From Candidatus Woesearchaeota archaeon (GTDB lineage: Archaea; Nanobdellota; Nanobdellia; Pacearchaeales; GW2011-AR1): 64,000 nt of DNA. Both the position numbers and the translations under genes were made by a program. Each line of letters begins with the position of its first letter. Position 1 is the stretch's first letter. Under the pieces are notes generated by a model. That model had not been told where the DNA came from, did not search any database, and worked only from the letters and a program-made list of their open reading frames with translations. The DNA is taken from the NCBI GenBank assembly GCA_964651965.1, contig CAZYZS010000003.1, positions 36,625 through 100,624 of the forward strand. The letters run 5' to 3'. Below, piece after piece: positions 44,142 through 54,048 of the stretch.

Positions 44142-47100
44142 ATGGCGAGTAGGATAGAAGTGATAACAACAACTGGGGATACAAGGGCAGAAGTTAGAAG
44201 AAGAAAAATACAGTCAATGGGTCTTCAGTTAAATGAAGTTAATCTAGTTGATGTTTATACACTTGAAGAAGGTTTTGACGCAGAGGGATTAAAATCTATT
44301 GCGTATATGCTTTCTAATCCAGTAACACAAGAAACTGGAATAAATACTCCTAAAGCTCCAGAACAATTTGATTTTGCAATTGAAGTGGGTTATTTATCAG
44401 GTGTAACAGATAACGTTGGAACTACTGCAAGAGGAATTATAGAAGATAGATTTAGAAGGAATTTAAAAGGCCAAGCAGTTTATAGTTCTCAGGTTATGTT
44501 CTTATCAGGAGGTCTAACAAGAGAAGAGGCCGTTAGCATTGGAGACTCATTCTCAAATCCAGTAATTCAAAGAGCTTCTGTTAAAAGTCATGATGAGTTT
44601 ATAAGAGATGGAGGGATGGATGTGATTGTCCCAAGGGTTAGACTTAATGAAGAACCTGTTGCAGGATTAGTTGAGATACTGGACGCAAGCGATACCGAAT
44701 TAACTATAATTGGAAAATCAGGAATATTCGACCATAACGAAGAGCTGTCCAGAGAAGAATACGCCTCTCAGGCTACTCCGGAGCTAATCCAAGTTGGAGA
44801 ATTTTTTGAAAGCGATGGGAAATTTTTCGAGAAAGTAAGAAGAGGACCTCTTGCATTAGTCCCACAAAAAGATAGCGGAGAGCCGGATTTAGCTTATATG
44901 AAAGCTGTTCAAGGTTATTTTAGAGATTTAGGAAGAAATCCTACTGATGTTGAACTAGAATCAATTGCACAAACCTGGAGCGAGCATTGTAAGCATACAA
45001 TATTTGCAGATTCTATAGATGATATCCAAGATGGTTTGTTCAGGCATTTTATTAAAAGGGCAACAAATGAAATAAGAAGAGCGAAAGGGAATAATGATTT
45101 TTGTGTTTCTGTATTTACTGATAATGCTGGGGGGATAGTATTTGATGACGACTATTTAGTTTGTGATAAAGTTGAGACTCATAATTCTCCTTCTGCATTA
45201 GATCCTTTTGGCGGAGCAATAACTGGAATTGTAGGGGTTAATAGGGACCCTATGGGTTTTGGAATGGGAGCAAAACCAATAATAAATAGATATTGGTTTT
45301 GCTTTGCGCCACAAAAGACAATAAAACTTTATCCTGGAATAGAAAGAGCAGTAGCAGCATGTGAAGAGAGAGTTTTTTATCGCGATAAAGGGCTTACACA
45401 AAAAATGTTGTCTCCAAGAAGGATTTTGGATGGAGTGGTTGATGGAGTTAATGTAGGAGGAAATTGTTCTGGAATTCCTACTACTCAAGGAACTGTTTAC
45501 TTTGATGAGAGTTATACGGGAAAACCTCTTGTTGGCGTAGGAACAGTCGGTTTAATACCAAGAGAAATAAACGGAAAACCGAGCCATGAAAAACAGGCAA
45601 TGCCTGGAGATTATATTGTAATGGTTGGTGGCAGAGTTGGAAAAGATGGAATTCACGGAGCAACTTTTTCTTCTGAAGCAATTGATTCTGGAAGCCCTGC
45701 TACTGCTGTTCAAATTGGAGACCCAATAACCCAGAAAAAAATGAGCGATGCTCTTATCAAAGAAGCACGGGACAGGGGATTATATAGAAGCATAACTGAT
45801 AATGGTGCTGGAGGATTATCTTGTTCTGTTGCAGAAATGGCAAAAGAATCTGGTGGATGTTATGTTCATTTGGATAAAGTTCCTTTAAAATATCCTGGGC
45901 TTGCTCCTTGGGAAACCTGGGTTTCTGAATCTCAGGAAAGAATGACTTTAGCAGTTCCAAGAGAAAAATGGGATAGTTTCAATGATTTAATGAGAAGAAG
46001 AGGAGTTGAAGCAACTGTTATTGGAGAATTTACAAGCTCTGGAAAATGTGTTGTGGATTATAATGGAAATAGAGTTATGGATGTTGACATGGAATTTTTG
46101 CATAATGGATTGCCTCCAAGACCAATTAAGACAACTTTCACAAGAAAAAACCATGAGGAGCCAAACTTTGAATGCTTAGATAATTTAACAGAATCCCTGC
46201 ATGAAATGCTAAAGAGACAAAATATCACAAGTTTTGAATTTATTTCTCAACAATATGACCATGAAGTTCAGGGTGGTAGTGTTATTAAACCATTGCAAGG
46301 GAGAGGTAGAGTTAATGGAGATGCAACGGTTGTAAAGCCGAGACTGGATTCAAATAAAGCAGTTGTATTGTCTCAAGGCCTTAATCCTTCTTATAGTGAA
46401 ATTGATACTTATCATATGGCTGCATGCGCAATTGATACTGCAATAAGAAATGCAGTTGCAGCAGGAGCAGATTTGGAACATTTGGCATTATTAGATAACT
46501 TCTGCTGGTGCAGCTCAACTGAACCAGAAAGATTGGGACAACTAAAAAGAGCATGCCAGGCATGTTATGATGTTGCAACAGAATTCGGAACTCCTTTTAT
46601 TTCTGGCAAAGACAGCATGTTCAATGATTTCAAGGGATTTGATGAAGCTGGAAAACCAATAAAAATTTCTGTTCTTCCGACTTTATTAGTTTCGACAATA
46701 GGCGTAATGAAAGATGCCAGAAAAGCTGTTTCTATTGACCCAAAATTTGAAGGAGATTTAGTCTATGTTTTAGGAAGCACTCGTAATGAACTTGGAGGAA
46801 GCGAATATTTTGCAATGATGGGGGAAGAGCAAAGAGGGAAAAAGTACATAGGCAATAATGTTCCAAAAGTTGATGCAAGGAAAAACCTTAGCATGTATAG
46901 GGCATTTTCTAAAGCTGCTGAAGAAGGATTAGTTGCCTCTGCAATGAGCGTTGGCAGAGGAGGATTAGGAACTGCACTGGCAAAGAGTGCAATTGCAGGT
47001 CAATTAGGAATGGAAATTGATTTAGAAAAAGCTCCGGTTGATGAAGAGTTAGGAATGGGAAATGAACATTTACTATATTCAGAAAGCCAAGGAAGATTAG

Positions 47101-47297
47101 TTGTTACTGTTAATCCTGCAAATAGAGAGAGATTTGAAAGTGCAATGGGAGAAAATATTTACAAGCTAGTTGGAAAAGTAAGAGGAGATAATAAATTTGT
47201 TGTTGCAGGATTTTTTGGGCAATCTTCCACAACTGTAGTAGACACTACTGTTGAAGAACTGACACAATCCTATAAATCAACTTTTAAGGAGTATTAA
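44142..47297 (+). CDS. purL: Phosphoribosylformylglycinamidine synthase, synthetase subunit with ~245-aa PurS-like N-terminal extension (PurSL-type, no glutaminase domain)
   Basis: LGRNPTDVELESIAQTWSEHCKHTIF, ETHNSPSALDPFGGA and duplicated AIR-synthase-like domains (GKDGIHGATFSS; ISGKDSMFND). The N-terminus carries two PurS-like segments. Confidence 0.85.
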   Translation: MASRIEVITTTGDTRAEVRRRKIQSMGLQLNEVNLVDVYTLEEGFDAEGLKSIAYMLSNPVTQETGINTPKAPEQFDFAIEVGYLSGVTDNVGTTARGIIEDRFRRNLKGQAVYSSQVMFLSGGLTREEAVSIGDSFSNPVIQRASVKSHDEFIRDGGMDVIVPRVRLNEEPVAGLVEILDASDTELTIIGKSGIFDHNEELSREEYASQATPELIQVGEFFESDGKFFEKVRRGPLALVPQKDSGEPDLAYMKAVQGYFRDLGRNPTDVELESIAQTWSEHCKHTIFADSIDDIQDGLFRHFIKRATNEIRRAKGNNDFCVSVFTDNAGGIVFDDDYLVCDKVETHNSPSALDPFGGAITGIVGVNRDPMGFGMGAKPIINRYWFCFAPQKTIKLYPGIERAVAACEERVFYRDKGLTQKMLSPRRILDGVVDGVNVGGNCSGIPTTQGTVYFDESYTGKPLVGVGTVGLIPREINGKPSHEKQAMPGDYIVMVGGRVGKDGIHGATFSSEAIDSGSPATAVQIGDPITQKKMSDALIKEARDRGLYRSITDNGAGGLSCSVAEMAKESGGCYVHLDKVPLKYPGLAPWETWVSESQERMTLAVPREKWDSFNDLMRRRGVEATVIGEFTSSGKCVVDYNGNRVMDVDMEFLHNGLPPRPIKTTFTRKNHEEPNFECLDNLTESLHEMLKRQNITSFEFISQQYDHEVQGGSVIKPLQGRGRVNGDATVVKPRLDSNKAVVLSQGLNPSYSEIDTYHMAACAIDTAIRNAVAAGADLEHLALLDNFCWCSSTEPERLGQLKRACQACYDVATEFGTPFISGKDSMFNDFKGFDEAGKPIKISVLPTLLVSTIGVMKDARKAVSIDPKFEGDLVYVLGSTRNELGGSEYFAMMGEEQRGKKYIGNNVPKVDARKNLSMYRAFSKAAEEGLVASAMSVGRGGLGTALAKSAIAGQLGMEIDLEKAPVDEELGMGNEHLLYSESQGRLVVTVNPANRERFESAMGENIYKLVGKVRGDNKFVVAGFFGQSSTTVVDTTVEELTQSYKSTFKEY

Positions 47298-47299
47298 AA

Positions 47300-48100
47300 A
47301 TGGCAAATCCAAATGCTTTAGTTTTAACAGGATATGGAATAAACTGCGATGATGAAACAGCATTTGCACTCGCGTTTGATAAAGCAGGGGCAAGAGCAGA
47401 TATAGTCCATATTAATGATTTAATTGCAACACCACAGAAATTAGACAAGTATCAAATCGTTGCTTTTCCCGGAGGGTTTTCATACGGAGATGATACTGGC
47501 TCTGGAAATGCTTTAGCTTGGAAAATAAGAAATAATCTAGGAATAGAAAGATTTACTAAAGAGAATAGATTGATAATAGGAATCTGTAATGGCTTTCAGG
47601 TACTGGTAAATCTTGGACTTCTTCCAGCATTAGATGGAGAGTACGGACAAAGGCAGGTTGCTTTAAATCATAACGATTCTGCAAGGTACTCTTGCAGATG
47701 GGTAGATTTAGAATTCAATGGGAAAAGCCCATGGGTAGAAGGAATTGAAAGAATCTCTTTACCAATAGCTCACGGAGAGGGAAATTTTTACGCAAGTCCA
47801 GCAGTTTTAAGAGAAATTAATGCAAAAGGCTTAGTTGCTGCAAGATACATAGAAGGTGAAATATGCCAGTACCAAAGTCTTCCTGCAAATCCTAACGGTT
47901 CTTTAGAAAATATAGCAGGGATTACAGATGAAAGTGGGAGGATTTTTGGATTAATGCCCCATCCTGAAAGAGCAATAGCTTTCACGCAATTGCCTCATTG
48001 GCCTTTTCTAAGAGAACAACTTATAAGGGCGGGAAGCGAGATTCCAGAGACTGCAGACGGAATAAAAATATTTAAAAATGGAGTAGAATATTTTAAATAA
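47300..48100 (+). CDS. purQ: Phosphoribosylformylglycinamidine synthase, glutaminase subunit
   Basis: FPGGFSYGDD, GICNGFQ (catalytic Cys), AHGEG and MPHPER. An AAGGAG Shine-Dalgarno-like sequence lies upstream. Confidence 0.85.
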   Translation: MANPNALVLTGYGINCDDETAFALAFDKAGARADIVHINDLIATPQKLDKYQIVAFPGGFSYGDDTGSGNALAWKIRNNLGIERFTKENRLIIGICNGFQVLVNLGLLPALDGEYGQRQVALNHNDSARYSCRWVDLEFNGKSPWVEGIERISLPIAHGEGNFYASPAVLREINAKGLVAARYIEGEICQYQSLPANPNGSLENIAGITDESGRIFGLMPHPERAIAFTQLPHWPFLREQLIRAGSEIPETADGIKIFKNGVEYFK

Positions 48101-48101
48101 A

Positions 48102-49415
48102 ATGGCAAAAGTAATGATAGTTGGTTCTGGAGCAAGGGAACACGAGATTGCTCTTTCTTATATGCGCTCAAAAAATGTTAGCGAAGTTCTTGTAACTCCT
48201 GGAAATGATGGAATGATAAATAACAGGCTAAATAGAGAACCTGCTAATATAATAATAAATAAATCTTCTTCTTTAAAAGACCCCTCTTCAATTCTTTTGG
48301 TCGCTCAAGAATACAAACCAGATTTAGTTGATGTAGCTCAAGATGACGCATTGGCTGCAGGAACAGTTGATTTGTTAGAAAAAAATGGGTTCAGAGTTTT
48401 CGGCCCATCTAAGCTAGCTGCGCAGATTGAGTGGGATAAAGAATGGTCTAGAAGCTTTATGTTAAGACACGGCATTCCAGTTCCTGAATATAAATCTTTT
48501 TCTGATATTGGAGAGGGCAGAGCATACGCTTGTGATTTGCTTGCAAGAAAAGGAGGCGTATTTTTTAAAGCAGCGGGATTATATGCTGGCAAAGGAGTAA
48601 TCCCTGCATTTAGTAGAGAAGAAGTAGAAGAAGCTGCAAGAAAAATTCATGATATAGGAGAAGCATCAAGAGTTTTTCTTGTTGAAGAAGCGATGGTAGG
48701 AGAAGAATTTTCTTATTATGCTATTGTCGATGGAAGAGCTTTCCAATGTTTTAAGTCGTCACAAGATAATAAGCGGGTTAATAACAGAGACCAAGGGCCA
48801 AATACAGGAGGAATGGGAGCAAATGCTCCTGCCTTAATTACTCGCGGTTTAGAGAAAAGAATAGAAGAAGAAATAATTTCTCCAGCAGTAAGAGGAATGC
48901 TAGAAGAAGGTCGGTCTTATAAAGGAGTATTATATCTAGGTGGGATGGTTTGTAAAGACGGAAGCTTAAAAGTAGTTGAGTTTAATTCTAGATGGGGAGA
49001 TCCTGAATGCCATGTTGTTCTTCCTGGAGTAATAAGTGATTATTTTGATTTAGTAAGTCATGCAGTTGATGGGACTCTCCAAGATTTTAAATTAGAAGAA
49101 GATGATATCTCAAGAGTTTGTATTATAAGCGCTTCTACAGGTTATCCTGGGGATTATCAAAAAGGCAAAAAAATTTGGATTGATAATGAAAAAATTCCTG
49201 CTGGAATACATCTTTTGAGTGCAGGAATCCAAGTTAAAGACGGACAGATTTATACAGGCGGTGGAAGGGTTTTTAGTGTTGTTGCAGAAGGCAGAAATGT
49301 AATCGAAGCTAGAATGCGAGCATTACAAGGAATAGCCTGTTGTTCGATTGAAGATAATGGATTACACTATAGAACTGATATTGCATGGAGGGATGTACAA
49401 AGAGTTCAAAAATGA
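48102..49415 (+). CDS. purD: Phosphoribosylamine--glycine ligase
   Basis: MIVGSGAREHEIA, an ATP-grasp core, NTGGMGA and VEFNSRWGDPE. Confidence 0.9.
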   Translation: MAKVMIVGSGAREHEIALSYMRSKNVSEVLVTPGNDGMINNRLNREPANIIINKSSSLKDPSSILLVAQEYKPDLVDVAQDDALAAGTVDLLEKNGFRVFGPSKLAAQIEWDKEWSRSFMLRHGIPVPEYKSFSDIGEGRAYACDLLARKGGVFFKAAGLYAGKGVIPAFSREEVEEAARKIHDIGEASRVFLVEEAMVGEEFSYYAIVDGRAFQCFKSSQDNKRVNNRDQGPNTGGMGANAPALITRGLEKRIEEEIISPAVRGMLEEGRSYKGVLYLGGMVCKDGSLKVVEFNSRWGDPECHVVLPGVISDYFDLVSHAVDGTLQDFKLEEDDISRVCIISASTGYPGDYQKGKKIWIDNEKIPAGIHLLSAGIQVKDGQIYTGGGRVFSVVAEGRNVIEARMRALQGIACCSIEDNGLHYRTDIAWRDVQRVQK

Positions 49416-50179
49416 AGTTAACTAAATTATATAATGCTGCAGAAGCGGGTCAATTAAGAGTAGCTGGTTTCATGTCTGGAAGCGGAACTAATTTAATTAA
49501 AATAATTGAGCATGAACAAATATTAGAACAAGCAAGAGGCGAATCGCCATTTCATGTAGCTGTAATTTTTAGCGATAATCCTAAAAGTAAGGCAATCGAG
49601 ATTGGAGCAAAATTTGCAGTACCTGTTGTTATTCATGATATAGAAAGTTTTTATAGGCAAAGAGAAATGCCCATAAAGGATATGGGCACAAGAGCAGAAT
49701 ATGAAAGAGAATGTTTAAGGGCATTAAAAGGATTTGAATGTGCAGTTGCAGCTTATGCGGGTTATATGAGAAGAGCAACACCTGTTTTTGTTAATTCATT
49801 TTTAGGTGTTAATGTTCATCCAGCAGATTTGACATTAAAAACTCCAGATGGCAGGCCTAGATATAGAGGAGACCACGCTGTAAAAGATGCTATACAAGCA
49901 GGAGAGCCATCTATAAGGTCAACAACACACATCGTTATAGAAAAAGTTGATTGCGGTCCCATACTAATGGTATCAGCACCACTTGAAATAACTTATCCAA
50001 TTCCTGATGATATCGACCAAGTAGCAGGGCAGTATCAAAATGCACTAAAAGAAAAAGGAGATTGGGTAATTTTTCCAAGCACTCTAGAATATATTGCAAA
50101 TGGAAGATATGCAAGAGATGAACAAGGAAGATTATATTTTGATGGTAAAGAAATTCCTCAAGGAGTCAGATTAGAGTAG
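49412..50179 (+). CDS. purN: Phosphoribosylglycinamide formyltransferase-like (PurN family) with C-terminal extension
   Basis: FMSGSGTNL, NVHPADL and THIVIEKVDCGPIL. Start taken at MKLTK (ATGA overlap with the purD stop). Confidence 0.65.
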   Translation: MKLTKLYNAAEAGQLRVAGFMSGSGTNLIKIIEHEQILEQARGESPFHVAVIFSDNPKSKAIEIGAKFAVPVVIHDIESFYRQREMPIKDMGTRAEYERECLRALKGFECAVAAYAGYMRRATPVFVNSFLGVNVHPADLTLKTPDGRPRYRGDHAVKDAIQAGEPSIRSTTHIVIEKVDCGPILMVSAPLEITYPIPDDIDQVAGQYQNALKEKGDWVIFPSTLEYIANGRYARDEQGRLYFDGKEIPQGVRLE

Positions 50180-50206
50180 AATATTTTAAATAAAGTTTAT
50201 AGTTTT

Positions 50207-50530
50207 TTATTCTACATAATGCAGCACAAAATCAAACCAGTGAACTTCAGTTCTGCAGTCATCTGTAACATCGTATCTCCTGCTGATATACTCGTTGTTT
50301 CTGCATATTAAAATCTCTTTTGCATTGCAAACTTTTGCCACGTTTATAACCCCCAAGGCAAATATAAGGTCTTCGCTGCTGCAAGTGTTGCAAGGAATCT
50401 CTCCCTCTTTTTCACACAAGCATCCCATCTCAGTACAACTGGTTATACCTGCATTTAAAAACACTCCAGCCACAAATCCTATTATAATTGCGGCAACAAT
50501 AAGGAAAAGAGCATAAAGATATTTATTCAT
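50207..50530 (-). CDS. Small membrane-anchored Cys-rich protein
   Basis: N-terminal TM segment followed by 9 Cys in about 80 aa. Confidence 0.45.
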   Translation of the reverse strand: MNKYLYALFLIVAAIIIGFVAGVFLNAGITSCTEMGCLCEKEGEIPCNTCSSEDLIFALGVINVAKVCNAKEILICRNNEYISRRYDVTDDCRTEVHWFDFVLHYVE

Positions 50531-50531
50531 T

Positions 50532-51218
50532 TTAATCCTCGTTTTTTTTATCTTGTTTTACACTCCCAAAGGCCTCTTTCCTAACTTCTCTTGAATATTT
50601 ATGGACAAGATGAAGCGGCTCGGGAAGTTTATGCGGCAGTTTAATGAATTTTTTTGCTAGTTCATAAGCAGTGTTGATAGAAATTAGGTTTCCGGGGCTG
50701 ACGTACATTGGCTTGCTTCCTGGCTTTGTCATTAAAACTTTGCCAACTTTCTTTCCATTGACAATTACATCCTCTCCTTTTACTTCCCCTGCAATTAAAG
50801 AATTTGCAACCCCAATTGAAGGAATGCCAGTAGAAATTGAGAAATGGCTTGCAATGCCGAGTCTAGGATGTGCTATCCCGTGGCCAGGAATAAAGATTAC
50901 ATCTGGCTTCTCAGATATCTTGTTAAATGCCTCTATCATTGAAGGAAGTTCTCTATAAGCCCTAAAACCAGCAATATAAGGGAATTTCAGCTTGTCTGAA
51001 AAATACTCCTGCTCCAGTATTTCCATGTCAGGAGTCAAGACTATACAAGCAGAGATAATCTTGTTTTCAAAAAAAGCGTTGTCAATAGCGCCTATCCTTT
51101 CAACAGAGTTAAAGTCAATTGAATCTTCAATCCGAATCTGTTTTGCAAGCTTAAGCTGCTCCTCTTCCAGTCGTTTTAAATTAATACCATATTTTTTAGC
51201 AATCTCTTCGGAATTCAT
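50532..51218 (-). CDS. nfi: Endonuclease V
   Basis: IGAIDNAF, YIAGFRAYRELP and DVIFIPGHGIAHPRLGIASH motifs. Confidence 0.8.
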   Translation of the reverse strand: MNSEEIAKKYGINLKRLEEEQLKLAKQIRIEDSIDFNSVERIGAIDNAFFENKIISACIVLTPDMEILEQEYFSDKLKFPYIAGFRAYRELPSMIEAFNKISEKPDVIFIPGHGIAHPRLGIASHFSISTGIPSIGVANSLIAGEVKGEDVIVNGKKVGKVLMTKPGSKPMYVSPGNLISINTAYELAKKFIKLPHKLPEPLHLVHKYSREVRKEAFGSVKQDKKNED

Positions 51219-51338
51219 TTTAACCCCTCTTTTATCAGCTTACTAAGAAAGCAAGAATTAAAAATGTTTCGTTATGCCAATTATCTCTAGAAAGAGTAGT
51301 AAATATCCACAAGCTTTTTAAACCTCTTCGCCTCATAA

Positions 51339-52070
51339 ATGACTATGTTCAATAAAAAATCTTGCAAGAGATGCGGAAAGAAAATCCATAAGGATTTCGA
51401 ATATTGCCCACATTGTGGTCTCTTTACAGAAGACAGACAAAAAGAGCAGAGAGACTATGGATTTTTAGGAAAAAACGACACGATAGACAATTTTTCAAAC
51501 GAGTTCAGGCTTCCACTCGGCTTCAACACACTCTTTAAGAAACTAATGAAAGAAATGGACAAGCAATTTCAGGAATTAGACAAAGAAATAGGAAAAGAAA
51601 AAGAACTGACAAGAAGAATGCCACAAAATAAGAATCCCTATGTAAAACAAGGCGGGATAAGCATAAATATATCAAGCGGGGCAGGAACTCCGGTCATAAG
51701 AGTTAAATCCTTTGGCAATATGCCTGAATTTAAAGATATAGAAACACAGATCAAAAATCCTAGAAGAACGGGCATAAAAAAGCAGGAGCTGCCAAAAATA
51801 GACGAAGAAAAAGCAAAAAAGCTTGCAAAACTGCCAAGAGAAGAAGCAACAAGCAAAGTAAGAAGGCTCTCAGGCAAAGTTGTATATGAAATAGACCTTC
51901 CAGAAGTCAAGGACATCAAAGATATTATAGTCAATCAACTAGAAAACAGCATTGAAGTAAAAGCTTTTGCCAAAGATAAGGCATATTTCAAGTTTCTTCC
52001 AGTAAGCCTTCCTTTGCTTAAGTACAAGTTTGACGAAGGAAAACTGATTCTAGAGCTGGGAGAAGAATAA
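51339..52070 (+). CDS. Zinc-ribbon protein with C-terminal Hsp20/alpha-crystallin-like domain
   Basis: CKRCGKK...CPHCG ribbon. The C-terminus VVYEIDLPEVKDIKDIIVNQLENSIEVKAF...KYKFDEGKLILEL resembles an ACD beta-sandwich. Confidence 0.5.
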   Translation: MTMFNKKSCKRCGKKIHKDFEYCPHCGLFTEDRQKEQRDYGFLGKNDTIDNFSNEFRLPLGFNTLFKKLMKEMDKQFQELDKEIGKEKELTRRMPQNKNPYVKQGGISINISSGAGTPVIRVKSFGNMPEFKDIETQIKNPRRTGIKKQELPKIDEEKAKKLAKLPREEATSKVRRLSGKVVYEIDLPEVKDIKDIIVNQLENSIEVKAFAKDKAYFKFLPVSLPLLKYKFDEGKLILELGEE

Positions 52071-52076
52071 ATTTAC

Positions 52077-52352
52077 TTATTCTTGAACCAAATTCAATTC
52101 TAATGCTTTCTGATAAGAAAACTCCTCTACCCAAAAATCATCTAATCTTGTTCCGCTACAATCATTACATTGCGGCAATCCAGTATAAGCACAATAATTC
52201 ACCGTGTTTATTAACCCCCGTTCTCTAAGAAATTCTTCTGTAGGTTTAACTGGGCTTACAATTATCTTAGTCTGTTCATCGTTACAATAAGGCGCGTCGC
52301 CTCTTATGCTCCAATGTGCTATATATTTCTTAAGTTCTGATTTCTCTTCCAT
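52077..52352 (-). CDS. Hypothetical small Cys-containing protein
   Basis: 91-aa ORF; no motif. Confidence 0.4.
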   Translation of the reverse strand: MEEKSELKKYIAHWSIRGDAPYCNDEQTKIIVSPVKPTEEFLRERGLINTVNYCAYTGLPQCNDCSGTRLDDFWVEEFSYQKALELNLVQE

Positions 52353-52410
52353 TTTTACTTTAAGTTTTAGAAATATTTATATATGATTTAGTACTGATAG
52401 TAGTAATAAA

Positions 52411-53145
52411 ATGGAAGAGCTAAGAAAAATCTTAACTGAAATGGAAATGAGCAGCTATAAAATAGAAACTTATCTCTCTCTGTTAAAAATAAAAAAAGGA
52501 ACAATACAGCAAATAGCAAAAGTATCCAAAGTTCCTGCCTGTAAATTATATGAAAATTTAAAATGGCTTTATGAACATGGCTACATTTCTTTAAGCTTGG
52601 AAAAGCCACTTACTTATCAAGCAAATGACCCCAAAGTCATTCTAGAGTCAGATATAAACGAGAAAGAAGAAAAATTAGAGAGGATTAAAAAAGAAATTGG
52701 AAAATTAAATCTTATTTTTCCACAAATAGAAAATGATCTAGTAGAAATAACCAGCAGCAAAGAGGCTTTCATTAAAAAAATGAAAGAATCAGTGATTAAA
52801 AGCAAAAAATCAATCTCTTATACAACTGAAAATTGGTCAGCTGATTCAGAACTCTGGAGGCTATTGTCTGAAAAAGCGAAAAAAGGCGTTAAAATAAGGG
52901 CAATAGGGCCAATAGATAAAAAAACAAAGGAAAGAGCAGAAAAAATAAAGCAAGCAGGAGTAAAAATCAAACCGCATAATCTTGAGTCAACTCGTTTTTC
53001 TATATACGATAAAGAACTCGCGATAATAAGGATAAGAAAAGATGAATCTTACAGTTCTATCTGGATTAAAAGTGAGGTTCTTGCAGAAATTTTAGAAAAC
53101 TATTTTAATATGTTATGGAATTCTCCTCAAAAAAATAATTCATAG
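52411..53145 (+). CDS. TrmB-family transcriptional regulator
   Basis: MSSYKIETYLSLLKIKKGTIQQIAKVSKVPACKLYENLKWLYEHGYISL plus a TrmB-type C-terminal domain. Confidence 0.7.
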   Translation: MEELRKILTEMEMSSYKIETYLSLLKIKKGTIQQIAKVSKVPACKLYENLKWLYEHGYISLSLEKPLTYQANDPKVILESDINEKEEKLERIKKEIGKLNLIFPQIENDLVEITSSKEAFIKKMKESVIKSKKSISYTTENWSADSELWRLLSEKAKKGVKIRAIGPIDKKTKERAEKIKQAGVKIKPHNLESTRFSIYDKELAIIRIRKDESYSSIWIKSEVLAEILENYFNMLWNSPQKNNS

Positions 53146-53983
53146 CATTACTTATTGTTTCAACTTCCTTTATTTGTAGCCCTGCTTCTTTTTCTACATC
53201 AACTTGTCTTGGCCTTGTTTCTGTTGTGCAAATTTCTGAGTTTCCAAAAGTCTCACAGTGCTCGCTCTCTTCATAAATAACGTCCCTGCTTTGTAATAAA
53301 GGAACAAGGAATAAAGTAGCTCCTGCCTTCTTTGCAGCCTGTGCTTTTTCAAGTATAGCTGAAACCGGGCTTACAGTACCGTCATGATTTATCCCTCCAG
53401 TAATCATTACGTCCTCTCTTAAAGGCCTGCTTTCTAAAGCCGCAATAGTTGCTATTGCCAAAGCAGCTCCTGCAGAAGGCCCCCCAATAAGTGTAGCATT
53501 AGGCGCTTCAATTGTGTAAACAATATCATAATCCCCCATTTTCTTTCCAGTTATATTTTCAGCAACTCTCCTGGCAATTCTTATGCTGTGTTGAGTATCT
53601 GCCCAGAATAAAAGATTATCAATATCAGTTAAAGTCCTGCCTGTTCCGAGAGTAGCTTCAACAGTTAATACAGTAGTTGTCCCGTTTCCTTCTGCGTCAA
53701 CTGCAGGCAAGTACATCTTAATTCTTGTTGAGCCATTCAAAGAAAAAAAGCCATCAATCCCTTTATTGTCTAAATCAGAATCACTGAATTTAAACTCTCC
53801 ATAAGAACCCTCATTTTCTGTCTCTTCAACCGGATTTTCATAAGAAATTATCCTTAAAGCCACACTCAACAAAGAAAGTATGATCGCAACTACCAAAAGA
53901 GCAACTACTATAAATCTAAAACTTCTTCTTGAATTCCCATCTTCAACAACTATTTTTTCTCTCACCATCTTTTCTTCTTTCAT
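53105..53983 (-). CDS. Membrane-anchored Lon-like serine protease (S16 proteolytic domain only)
   Basis: TM anchor FIVVALLVVAIILSLLSVAL and the catalytic region IGGPSAGAALAIATIAAL...ITGGINHDGTVSPVSAILEKAQAAKKAG. Confidence 0.75.
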   Translation of the reverse strand: MKEEKMVREKIVVEDGNSRRSFRFIVVALLVVAIILSLLSVALRIISYENPVEETENEGSYGEFKFSDSDLDNKGIDGFFSLNGSTRIKMYLPAVDAEGNGTTTVLTVEATLGTGRTLTDIDNLLFWADTQHSIRIARRVAENITGKKMGDYDIVYTIEAPNATLIGGPSAGAALAIATIAALESRPLREDVMITGGINHDGTVSPVSAILEKAQAAKKAGATLFLVPLLQSRDVIYEESEHCETFGNSEICTTETRPRQVDVEKEAGLQIKEVETISNAMNYFFEENSITY

Positions 53984-54048
53984 CTTACTACTAAAAACCG
54001 GGGATTATTAAACCTTTTGAAAAATCTGCGCAGAATAAGATTAGAAAA

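Noticed and set aside
53105-53145. 41-nt convergent overlap between the TrmB-family gene and the Lon-like protease gene
   Set aside because: 3' overlaps of convergent genes are common in compact genomes. No additional signal was seen.
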